From Blastocystis sp. Blastoise (lineage: Eukaryota > Protista > Bigyra: Opalinata), in NCBI GenBank assembly GCA_039096225.1, contig JBBPEB010000014.1, positions 310,001 to 374,000 of the forward strand: a stretch of DNA of 64,000 nucleotides, in the 5' to 3' direction. The first letter of the stretch is position 1. Every line of letters begins with the position of its first letter. The notes below the pieces were generated by a model. The model was not told the origin of the DNA. It searched no databases and was given only the letters and a program-made list of their open reading frames with translations. Below are positions 15,861-30,881 of this stretch, piece after piece. The translations under genes and the position numbers were made by a program.

Positions 15861-18206
15861 ATGGAAAATATTGTTATTGTAGAAGAAAATCTAGATACTA
15901 TCGGTATATCTTGATCTTATTTCATTTGTAATTGCTTGTATATATTGTATAGACTTTTTTGGAGTTGCTAATTACGAACCTATTGGTCGCGCTTATTTTG
16001 AGAGCACTACTTATATTCCTTCTTCAAATAAGAAGGATAAAGATGTGTATGTTATAGTCACGATATCTTTTTTTTATTGTTCCTCATATACTTTTAGAAA
16101 TCATGTAATTCTTTTTTATTTCTCTTTTAATATAGTGAAAGTGATGATGAAGAAGACTTTGAGAACAACGAACGTTTCAAAGCTCATGCTAACAGAATCA
16201 AAACTGATGATTCTGAAGATTATTACAGTATTTTAGGATTAGGTGATATTGCTTGGAATGCTACACAAGAACAAATTAAGACTGCATATCGAAAACTCGT
16301 TTTACTTTGTCATCCAGATAAAGTAGCGAATCCTACTGAAGAAACAAAGAAGAGATTTTTAAAGATTCAAGAAGCATTCAATGTCCTGAGTAATGAGACT
16401 AAGAAAATGGAGTATATAAATGTATTATAAAATGATATTGTATTCTAATATTTAATTATAGAATAGATATAAATGCTGATAATTGTTATATATATATAAA
16501 TAAATATATAGATATGATTCTGATTATAAATTCGATGAGTCCATACCTCCCGCCAATCAAACTGGAGATTTCTTCGATATATATGAACCTGTATTAACTA
16601 GAAATGCAAGATTTAGTCAAGTTCAACCCATGTATATATTATAATATTATTATTATTTGTATATATAGTTTATTTTATATATACATTATTATTAGTATTT
16701 TCATATGTCTCTCTTCTTCTTTTTCTTATATATATGTATATATAGTCCTAATTTAGGTGATATGTCTACACCCTATTCTCAAGTAGCTGCCTTCTATCGC
16801 TTTTGGTTCCAATTCAAATCCACTCGTACATTCGGCAATAAAGATGAATATAATCCAGAAGTATATATAGATATTATATTATTTTATACTGATTTTTATT
16901 ATACATTATATTATATTATATTATATTATATTATATTATATTATATTATATTATATTATATTATATTATATTATATATATATTATATTATATTATATTAT
17001 ATTATATTATATTATATTATATTATATTATATTATATTATATATATATTATATTATATTATATTATATTATATTATATTATATTATATTATATTATATTA
17101 TATTATATTATATTATATTATATTATATTATATTATATTATATTATATTATATTATATTATATTATATTATATTATATTATATTATATTATATTATATTA
17201 TATTATATTATATTATATTATATTATATTATATTATATTATATTATATTATATTATATTATATTATACTATACACCTGCTTTATCTAGGAGGCGGAGGGT
17301 CGTGCCGAGAAGCGTTGGATGATGTCGATGAACAAGGCCAACCGTAAGAAGCTGAAAGAAAAGGATAATAAGCGTATTGCTACATTAGTAGAACAAGCTT
17401 ACGCACGTGATCCTCGTATAAAGAAACACAACGAGGAAGAGAGAGAACGAAAGTTATTGTTACAAGTATATATACTATTAGATATCATTTATACTTATAT
17501 ATATTACATGTATATATAATATTTGTCTATAAATATATATATATATATATATGTATAGAAGCAAAAGGAAGAAGAAGAAAAACGTAAACAAATTCAAAAG
17601 TTGTTAGAAGAGAAACGGAAGAAGGAAGAAGAAGAACGCCTCAAATTAGAAGAAGAAAAGAAGAAGAAAGAAGAGCAGGCAGAGCGTCAGCGCCAGAAAC
17701 GTGAGAAGAAGAGACAGGTTACTGCTATTACCAATGCTATTAAAGATAAGATATCTGAAGACGATATAAAATTCTTCATGGAGAACGTGACTCCCGAAGA
17801 ATTCGTTTCTATATACACTGAACTAATGGAGAAGAAAGATATTTATGAACGCGTCAATAAGTTTATTATTGAAGAACGAGAAAATGTATATATAATTTAA
17901 TATAACTTATAATAAATAATCTAATATAACTTATTATATATAATATATATAGTTTAATGTTACTTATTATATATAATATTTATATATTTATCTAGATGCG
18001 TAAAAAAGAAGAAGAGGATGAGCGTCGACGCGCTGAGGATCTTGCCCGCCATGAGAAAGAGAAGGCAGAATTATTGCGTAAGGCGGCAGAGGATAAAACG
18101 GGGGATCCCTGGGGAGTTAAAGAGGATTATGCCCTTATTAAGGCCATTAAGAAGTACCCTGTATATATACTATTCTATACTATTATTTATATACTATTAT
18201 ATATTA

Positions 18207-18294
<88 letters not shown>

Positions 18295-18714
18295 GGTGGC
18301 TATAGAAATCGTTGGGAGACTATTGCTACGTACGTGAATGAGTACGGTGAGGGATCCGTAGAACGAACACCCAATCAATGTCGTTATCGTCAAATCGATT
18401 TGAACAGCAAATCAAATCAATCGACTAAAGTGGATACGGATGACGCACTTCGTATATATAATTTGAAGAAAGCATCATTTAAGGAGAAGAATCACGTGGC
18501 CTTAACGCTAGATCAACGTTATGCAGGTGCGTCAGAGAATATCCGAATCGAGAAACCAACTGTGTCTCCAGCTGTTACCACTCCTGCTCCTGCTCCTGCT
18601 GAGACCAATAATGAGGTATAATAATAATAATACATAGGATAATAATAATAAGTATAATTATATATAATATATATATAGGGATGGACTGGTGAACAACAAC
18701 GAGCTTTAGAAGCG

Positions 18715-18774
<60 letters not shown>

Positions 18775-19057
18775 TGATTCACCTCTCTCTATCTCCCATA
18801 TATATATAGAGCTATGAAGAAATATCCTGCGACAATGGATAAGAACGAGCGCTGGAAGCTTATTGCAGAGGCTGTTCCCGGCAAAACCAAGAAGGACTGC
18901 GTTCAACGTGTTAAATCGATTATTTCTCAAGTATATATCGATAGATTATTATATATTACTCTTTATAATCTTAGCTATATTATCTTCTCTATGGAATTTC
19001 ATATTACTCATATAGTATATTATTTATTTATTTATATAGATGAAGGCAAAAGAATAA
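15861..19057 (+). CDS. DNAJC2: DnaJ homolog subfamily C member 2 (zuotin/MPP11/ZRF1)
   Basis: EPIGRAYF, J-domain DYYSILGLG..CHPDK, zuotin-homology region (FYRFWFQFKSTRTF, LVEQAYARDPRIK), two SANT domains (WGVKEDYALIKAIKKYPGG..RWETIA; WTGEQQRALEAAMKKYP..ERWKLIAEAVPGKTKKDC). Confidence 0.95.
16905..17266. repeat. (TATTA)n intronic microsatellite
   Basis: About 360 bp of near-perfect pentamer inside DNAJC2 intron 16861-17288. Confidence 0.95.
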
Positions 19058-19680
19058 TATTCATGAAATAATTATAAGCCTTTTAAACGGATGCGTTCAA
19101 TTTGTTGTTTTGTCTTATTCACATAATTAGAATAATAATATGTGTACAATAATAAAAAGAAACAAACAACATTATTCAAATACTATTATTGTATATATTT
19201 GTTCTACACGTTGAAAGAAGAAGACAATAATAAAGATATATGAAATGAGAAATATAATAAGAATAAAATAGTATATTTTGAAAGCAAGTTAATTTTCTGT
19301 TAATAACCGTATTAAGGAGAAGTTGTCCTATAGAAACAAATAGAGAGAGTGAATTATAATAATTAGAAATAGTATATATTGTGAATAACTAAGCGATTTA
19401 TCAAGAAAAGAATTGTCAATATATATAACTAAACACATATGTATATCTTATGGATATATACTATCTATTATAATATATACAAAAAAAAAACATATTTTCA
19501 CATATACGGAAAATAAAACATTATATATTTATATATCTTCCAATAAGGAAAAGATATATTAAAAATAAGAATAAAAAAATATATAAAGATGGAAGACCAA
19601 AGAATATAAAAATAGATTCATGTATATATAAGAAAATAATAATAACATAGAAACAATAAGAAAAGAATAAGAAAATATAT

Positions 19681-21673
<1,993 letters not shown>

Positions 21674-22852
21674 GGTTACTATTTTTATTTATTTAAATAT
21701 CTTAGTGTTCAACTATATGCCTTCTTTTCTTAAATATAAAGAAGAATAAGTTCTATGACACAGAATCAATAATAACTTAGAAATAATCGTTTATCGATTA
21801 ATCTCAACTTCCTTGGGAATTCCGTCGATTGAGTGGTGATTATTTTCGAAATTTTCTACTAAATGATATTAATCCTTATCTTTCTGTATTTTTTAAATTT
21901 CTTAATGAGTAAGTCATTATTTGTTTTTGTATTATGGATTCAGTATACTTTATATAATTGAATGACGATTTACGATGAATAAACATTTTTTGAAAGTCTG
22001 CTTCTAATCTATTATGTTTTATAGAAAAACATATTTATGTGAAGATTTATTTGGCAAATGACTTTATATATTCTTATATCTTTTGCATTCATATCTTTTG
22101 ATTATCACTTTTTTTTAATTAGAAATCCACATTTTTGGTATTTTGAAACATTAAAATAGTTACACATCACTTTAGAATATAGACAAAACGGTTGTTCATG
22201 CAAAATACATTTTTTAAATTTTTTTTAATAACAACTATAAGTATATAGTAAAGAAAAAGAGTATAAAATGAATAAAAAAATTTTTAAGCATTATTTATTT
22301 TTGTTAATATCTTCTAGAATCGTTATATTTAGTGGAATTTACAAATGTAAATATGATACATTATCATATCATTGTTATGAAATAAAATAATTATCAGCAA
22401 TATTTTCATTCTAGATCTCAAACATTTTAACAAGGTACAAATAAATAATTAGTCTGTTCTATAATAAACTCTGAGATCAATTGATGCGCGAAATTATCAT
22501 CCTAATGGTATTTCATTATGATGAAAAATATTTTACTGTTGTAGAAACAGAATACTTTTATATTTTTTGATCACTCAAATCATTTAAACTGTTGATACCA
22601 TATAAAATAGATAATATTGATACTATTGGAAGAATGCATGTTTCAAATCAATATAATTATTATCTTTTAATGTTATACTAGTTATTATAACATGAATAAT
22701 GAGAATCATATGAATAGTATTTAATAAAATAGATAAATATAAAAAAATAAATAATAAAAAACTCCCAGACTTTTTTTCACATTTCAACTTTTCTTTTTTC
22801 GAGTTTCAAATCAAATTGGCAAATAAGAATTGCTTTTTTATTCTAAAAATCA

Positions 22853-25800
22853 ATGGATATCGAAAATGACGATGATAATTCTGTGCAATCTAAAATTAGT
22901 CAAGATGAAAATGAAAAGTTGTCGGTTACTTCTTTGAATATTCTTCTTGAAAATGCATTAAACAAATCGAAAAGTCTTTTCAATGAGAAAGAAACGGAAA
23001 TACTATCCACATGGAACACTATTTCAAATCAAAGCAAAGAATTATTTACTAGTTTGTATCTTATTGAATGATAAGCATATGACTTAGTATATTAGGATGA
23101 CTAGAAAAACAAGATGGCTTCGATCTGATAAAACAAGACTTCAAATTGTTCTTCCTGTTGTATGTTTTTTTATAGAATCATTTATTATATATAAAATTAA
23201 TATATATATGTATTATAGTGTATCGAACAGCTTTTGGCCATAGAAGTCATTCGAGAGGCAACTTCAGAAGATATTCAAAGTATTTGTGAAGAATTAAGTA
23301 TTCCCAATATTAAAGAAATATTTATTAAGACTGGACTAGATATGCATATATCATTTACGTATATATAGTTATCATCTCTTTCTTGGAATTTATATATATA
23401 TATATAATTATATCTTTAGAAAAGGAAAACAGGAGTGTTTAAGATCTATTCAGAAACTTCTCTCTCAATCAACTATGTATATTTATATATTTATAAAAAA
23501 CATATCGTATATTATCCTATATTTACATATTGTCTGTATAGTTATAGTACTTCTTCTTTATCAGAATCGATATATACTGCTATTATTTCTACATTTGGCA
23601 TGTTCTATAGTGTTACAGATAATACACAATTACTATATAGAAGAGTCAATCTTGCTTTCTTTCTTTCATATCAAAAGTCTATATATATATTATACATATT
23701 TGTTTCTTTATATGTTATACAAATTTGTTTTTGAGCTATCTTCTTTATATATTAGTATTTGTTTTCTTATTATACATATTTTTATTTGTTTCTTTTTTTA
23801 GAATTCTATACTTCAACTATTTTCTATATACATTATTATATATAGTCAAACTACAATTACTCTCTCTAAGGTAGGAGTATTCACCTATCCTCAATATACT
23901 GTCTCTAGATCCTCTGTATTTCCAAATAGAGACTTTTTTGTTGCGTATATATTTAGTATACTAAAGGATATTATATTACTGAATATTATTATTATATTTT
24001 GATATACAGTTATCTTAACTCCAAAATTAATCTATTAATAATATATATAGCTATGATACTACTCGATTATGTATAGAGAATATTCATACCCTCTATCCAA
24101 TCCCCTCCAAGATCCCTCAAGAAACCCTCATCCTTCTTGTGAATGAATTAAGATGCCTACTTCAACGGTCAATGCTTATTACATCGAAAGTTCTTCCTTA
24201 TAATGAACATCCATGTATAAATAAGGATTCTAGATCTATTTCAATATCTACATATACTACTACTAATCTATATCATCCACCATCTGTCTCTCCACCTCCT
24301 CTATCCTTTGATTCTAGGGGTAATAATAAAGATAATAAAGATAATAAAGATAATAAAGATAATAAAGATGATAAAGATAATAAAGATAATAAAAATAATA
24401 AAGATAATAAAGATGATAAAGATGATAAAGATAATAAAGATAATAATAAAGATGATAATAAAGATAATAATAAAGATAATAAAGATAATAAAGATACTAC
24501 TACTAATAAGAATAATAATGACATCATCAATATAGAGAGATCTACTATTACTAGAGATATAGATGTCTTGAATTTACTTGCTTCGAATAATTATGAAAAA
24601 CAGAAAATTTTATTCCCTCCTTGTTCTTCTCAGTCTCTATCTCCTTCTCAATCTGTCATCTCTCAATCCTATTGTATTCCTTCTTCTCTTGATCTCTCTC
24701 CTTCACAATTATCAATATATATTCCAGAAACACCCACAAAACCATCTCTTCTTCAACGTTCTTCAAAACTATCTCTTTCTTTACGAAAATCTAGAGTCCC
24801 TTCAAATATTTCTCCTATCGTTTCTTCTCTTTCTTCTGTATCTAAACAATCCAAGAGACGTATAACTGATACATCTATGAAGAATATTAGTGTGTCGTTG
24901 ATAGATCTTTGTGATACTATTTCTAATACCATTCATCAATCAAATACAGATGAGAAATTTGTACAATGTACTGAGAAAACACATAACAATGAACTAGCTT
25001 CACAGGATATCACGGACATGCCGTCTATTTCTTCTAATTCTAATCCTATTCCTAATCCTTCTATTCCTTCTATTTTTAATCATATTTCTATTCCTTCTAA
25101 TTCTATTTCTATTCCTTCTAATCCATCTATTTCTTCTAATCCATCTAATCCATCTAATCCATCTAATCCATCTAATCCATCTAATCCATCTAATCCATCT
25201 ATTTCATCTAATCCTTCTATATCTCCATCTCTTATAGATCCTCTTTCTTTTTCGTCATCCCTATTTTATAAACCTCTCTATATATCTCCTCCTCTGTGTC
25301 CTTCTCTTCCTCTTCCTATTGATCCTATATCTACATTCACCATATTATCTCCTCTTCCTTCTTTCACACAACTTAATATGGACACTGTACTGAAACCTAC
25401 TCTCAGCTACTTTCAGCCAGGGACTATTCTTGCACATGAACTCCATGCTCTTATTAATACTCTTCAATCTCATCATCTCTATAAATTAGCAGCATCCGTT
25501 CTTATCGAATTATTAAATACGCCATTTCTTCCTGGTATATATTTCTTCATTAAATACATATATAAAAAATGACTTATATGTTCATAGTATTGTGTATTAT
25601 ATATATAGAATAATGAAACATATATTATTTTATTTTATATATAGAGGAACGCGGATCGTGGTGGAGACGATTATGTGTCAATTTGACGCATTTAAAACGT
25701 GATCCAGATGTGCTGAATGTGGCTGAAACTGCTCTTCGAGACTTCACAGGTATCTTTAATATATGTATCTATCTCTTATTTATATTATTATTCTATATAT

Positions 25801-28800
25801 ATAAAGTAAATGGGGGAACACTTCTTTACCTTCGGTCACGTGTACTCAAACTGTCAAAACCACCTCGCAGGTGGACAGTCCCTAAATTCCCAGCATTACC
25901 TTCCATAATCACACGCGTAGCACGTGCTAGACCTATAAATAAGAAAACAGGAGAAAAAAGTAAATTCTTAGACGTTTCTGTATGTATTCTATTTATATTA
26001 TTTATTATATTATATGTTATATGTGTATTATATATTATGCATTCTTAATTCTCTATTTATGCTCTATACTGTTAATCGCTTCTTTGTTTATAGGGAAATG
26101 TCTGTAGTGTAGAAGATTTGGCACTCTCTTTATACCGGGAAAGTGGAGGGTGGGAAGGAATACATACAGAAGGATCAATTATTCGTATATATATATATAA
26201 TTATCATTCTCTATACCATATTACATTATCATTTTTTTTTATATTTCTTCATATATAGGTTCTTTGTATATGTTATTATTTTGGGATATTATATATATGT
26301 ATGTACCTGACGTATTTCAGCATCATTATCAAACGCTTCCTCTTGATTTCTATTCACCGTTGTTCTATGTTAATCGGAAATCAGAAATAGAAAAACAACT
26401 GAAACTTCTTGAACAAGCAACAGCTAAAGATATACAACGTATATATTGTGATTATTTTTTATATTTATGTTTTTATTTGATAAAATATCATTATGCTAAT
26501 ATATACACTATACTATAGATATGATAGAAGAGAGCTATTCATCTCATTATAATACACAATGTATTAGCATCGATTGGACAAAGTTCTCTTTAGGTATATA
26601 TAGTCCTATATATAATTATATAAATGGCTTTATTATGAATATATATGTGTTTATATATAGTATTATGCTATTATATACTATACATATAAATATATATATC
26701 TAGATCAATATATTATATATGGAACAGGATTAGGAGGAAAGGCTCTAGTTACTCTATTTCGTCCTCTTTGTATATATTTATATTATAATAATAATAAATA
26801 TAATAATAATAATAAATAGGTATGTCATATCCGACATGGATGGCGGGATTTCCTGATTTATTATTATATCGTGAGATTTTTCCTACAGAAGAGTCAGTAT
26901 CTACTCCGGTAACACCTACAGAGTCAAAGGTCAAATTAGAGAATCAAATGAATACTGTTTTTCCAGAAGTTAGAGAAGTATCTAGTCAGAATACACCTAC
27001 TATTGATTGTGTTCCAAGTACATTGAAAGACCAATTACCTGCTAGTTATGCGTTGACAGATGTTTCTGTACCCAATCAAAATCTATCCGTTGATGACGAG
27101 CTATATGACGAGTTTTTACGGTTAAATAATGAGATTGAAGAAGAATTACGTGAATTATTTATGGAAGAGAATGATCAGGAGATTATAGATAGAACTACTA
27201 TGAATTATAAAGAAGAAGATGATGAAAAATCTAGAGAGAAGAAGATAGAGACAATAATAAAGAAGCCTCTTTTACAGAAAGATAGTATTCTATCCTCTTC
27301 TTCCTCATCTACTATAAATACTCCACAAACATCGACAAATAACCGTGATTCTATTGTACCGTCGTTTCATACTGCATCTATCTCAACTACTACTGCAATG
27401 AAGAATCCATCGAGACATTTCAAACGACCGTATATATATATTAAGTATTATTCTTATTATTGTATAAATATATATATATTATTATTATTCTTATTTTTAT
27501 TAAATATATATATCTAGACGACCTTTATTTCCATCTTTTCCGTTACAAAGACCCTCAATGAATACTCTAAAGCAACATAAACATTCACCAGTCAAATCAC
27601 AAGATATTCTTATATCTGGAACACAATCTCCACCTGAAGAGGATTGTATTCCTCTTGGTATCTCTAGTTATCCGTCGATTTCTAAGAAGATTAATCATAT
27701 CATTAAACAGCAAGAAACATTATCTTTGTCTTCATCATCTCCACAACAAATAACTCCTAAGATAACTCCTTCTTCTATCTCTACAACTCCTCTATATCAT
27801 GACACACTTATACAGTCTTCTCCTTGTTCTCCTTGTACTTCTTCTTCTCTTCCTTCTCTATCTACTCCTTCATCTTTCTCCTTTTCAAATCTTGCACAAG
27901 ATCCTTATCCATCTAGGCCTTCTTTATCTCTCCTAGATAATCAAGGGAATAGTACTATTAATACAGAAGATAAAACAAATACTTCACAGGATCTATCGAT
28001 CACACATCTTTCCTCAACTGTTCTTTCTCATGATTCTGATATTACTTGTTCCTCTATAAATACTACACTTCATTCTATTCATTCAAATCAAACTCTTAAT
28101 AAACCATCACTAAATAATACTATTTATTCTACTTGCTTATCTTCATCTATCTCTATATCTCCAAATAATTCTGATATTCCTATTCTGAAATCAACATCTT
28201 CTATATCTACAAAATCTAAAGAGAATCTAATCAATCTTCAAGATCAAACTACATATGATTCTCTCCCACAGGAAACTACATCTTCTTTATATACAGATAC
28301 TACATATAATAGTGAACATCAAAATATATTAACTGACTCAAGTGCTACATTAGAATCGTCAACTTCTTCTTCAATTTCTATATCTACTTATAAACATTCT
28401 TCTTCTTCAATTATTTCTAGTTCTACTAATTCTATTCCTAAAAGTATATATACTGATGATACTCAACGATATACACCTCCTTCTTCTCCTTCATCTATTC
28501 ATACTATACAACAATTACAACAATTTAGTCCAATTCAAAGTCTTATAAATAGGAAACCATGGACTATAAATGAAAATAAACCTGATTTAAGTTTGAATTA
28601 TGATGTTAAGAGTATAAGTATCGAAGAAATATCTCCAAGAACAAATATATCTATGAGTTCTTCTTCTCCTAAAGATCTTTCTTCTTCTTTTTGTATATAT
28701 TCATCACAAATAGATACAACAAATAATTATTTATCAGAAGTAGACAATACTAATAAAATGACCACAGATGTGTTGCCAATAAATAATCATAAAGAGATAC

Positions 28801-29193
28801 TTGGTTCTTCTTCAACTATTGCTACTTCTGTTCCTCTTCAAGATTCTTTATTAGGGAATAGTAATATAAGTAAAGAAAGTAGTATTCAAAATTTAGATTC
28901 TATATTAAGTGGAGATATGTCTATTCATCATGACACTTCTCCTCCTTCTCATTATTATGAATGCATGTTTGTAGAAGTGAAAGGTCCTAGAGATACTCTT
29001 GCAGAACATCAAAAAGCATGGATTAATGAAATGATCTTTGGAAATATTCAAGTGGAATTATGTAAAGTATTCTTTTTAATATTCTTTATTATATCTATAT
29101 GTTTTTTTTTTTAATAATAATAATTATATTTTATTATCATCATATTCTATATTATGTTTGTACTTTTTATAGTAACTTTGTTTATTCCTTGTC

Positions 29194-29235
<42 letters not shown>

Positions 29236-29910
29236 TTATTACTATTCTTTTTATATTATTTGTTTTATATGTTTTTATAAATTCTTTTCTAATATGTATT
29301 TACAATAGATTTTACAATTATTTCTATACTTGACTACATATATATATATTATCATTTTAAAATAATAGTATTTGTTTTTATATACTATAATATTATATCT
29401 CTTTATGGATATTAAAAATAATAATTATTTATATATATATAGATTGTTGAAAATGATGAAACTGTAGGTTTTGAATTAGATGAGAAGATTCAGCCTTTGC
29501 GTCTACCTTTGTCATTCTCTCAATCTACATTTCAGTCTGATTCAGATTACTCTGAATTCTCCAGAGACTCGATATCTTTATCTCAACCTCCTCAATGCTT
29601 TTATTCAAATACATCTTCTATATCTTCTCATAATGATATTATATATGAACAAGAATCTTTAAATAGAACCATAAAAACAGTAGAAGAAACAAAATTGTCA
29701 TTAGATCATTTTCCATCTCAATATGAATCTAAAAGGCGAAAAGCAGATAAAATAGTTAAAACAGAAGAAATTAATGTTAAATCAGAGATTAGTCATATTC
29801 ATAATATGATTGAAAAACCAAAGAAGAAAGAAAATACTCGAAAAAAAGTAAGAAAGACAAAAAGTTTAGAAACTAATCAAAAGACATTATTTGATTTTTA
29901 TAAACATTAA
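22853..29910 (+). CDS. FAN1: Fanconi-associated nuclease 1 (VRR-NUC) with large low-complexity insertions
   Basis: LMTRKTRWLR, YPQYTVSRSSVFPNRD, RGSWWRRLCVNLTHLK, SVEDLALSLYRESGGWEGIHTEGS, LLFWDIIY..VPDVFQHHYQTLPLD, GFPDLLL, FVEVKGPRDTLAEHQKAWI..VELCK; GT-AG introns throughout. Confidence 0.92.
24322..24494 (+). repeat. coding (GATAATAAA)n, Asp-Asn-Lys repeat in FAN1
   Basis: DNKDNKDNK tract in ORF 24139..25572; an NPS repeat follows at ~25120-25215. Confidence 0.9.
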
Positions 29911-30881
29911 TTATATTTATATTTTTAATTCTTCTGTATATACAGGTATACTGTACTATTGTTTATTCATTGTTTTCGAGAGTTGTTTTTTTGTTGTTGT
30001 TGTTGTATTACTTGATTATTATTTTTATTCTATTTCAGAATAGTCAAATAAGGCTAATATTTCACACATCAAGTATTGTATTCTTGTTATTAAAAATATA
30101 CTAATGTTTAATATTTTTTTTCATGAGAAACTATTATTAAAATATTGCATATTTAAATATAAGATCGTTTTTCTGATAATAAATTGTTTTAGTTCGTTAA
30201 AACAATTGAAAAATGGCTTTCTCATTTATATTATAAACAAAAATGAAATATATCTTGAAATTATTATTAAGAAGGCGAAGAAGAAGCAAACATAAAAACC
30301 CTTCGATAATTGAATATAAAATATGTTTCTCTACTTAAAAAATTAAGTAACTACATAAATATTTTTTTGAAATTTGAAATAAATAGGAAATATTGCCTTA
30401 AAAACTATCTAATATACTTAGGCATATATAGGAATCAGAATAATATTTCAGAGAAGAAAAATTTTAAAGATGATAAACGAAATTTCATTAATCTTTTTTC
30501 ATTGAACGTCAAGATAATATATAACTTATATCTATCATCTACACGATACAAAAACATATAAATAAAAATCTAAATAAGACAACTATTTGAGATTTAAGCT
30601 AATAAAACAAAATTTTGTTTTATTTAGGATACATGGTTTTTTTGTAGTCGTAAGCGTTAAATGATGAATAATCACGGTTATCATTATGATGGATATGGCG
30701 ACATTTTTCAATAGTTTTCAAGATTCGCGGTGAAAATGAATTTTACACTAAAAAGTGTCATTTCTCCATTAAAAAAATATTAAACAAAACGTTTAAATTT
30801 TTTATAAACGTTGTTTTACTTGTTTTATTTGAATACTAAATAGTGTCTATTCGCAATAACTGTAACTGATACTACAAGTAA

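Noticed and set aside
26858-28973. FAN1 insertion as an intein or mobile element
   Set aside because: No Cys/Ser start with His-Asn end, no LAGLIDADG or transposase motifs; the composition is Ser/Thr low complexity.
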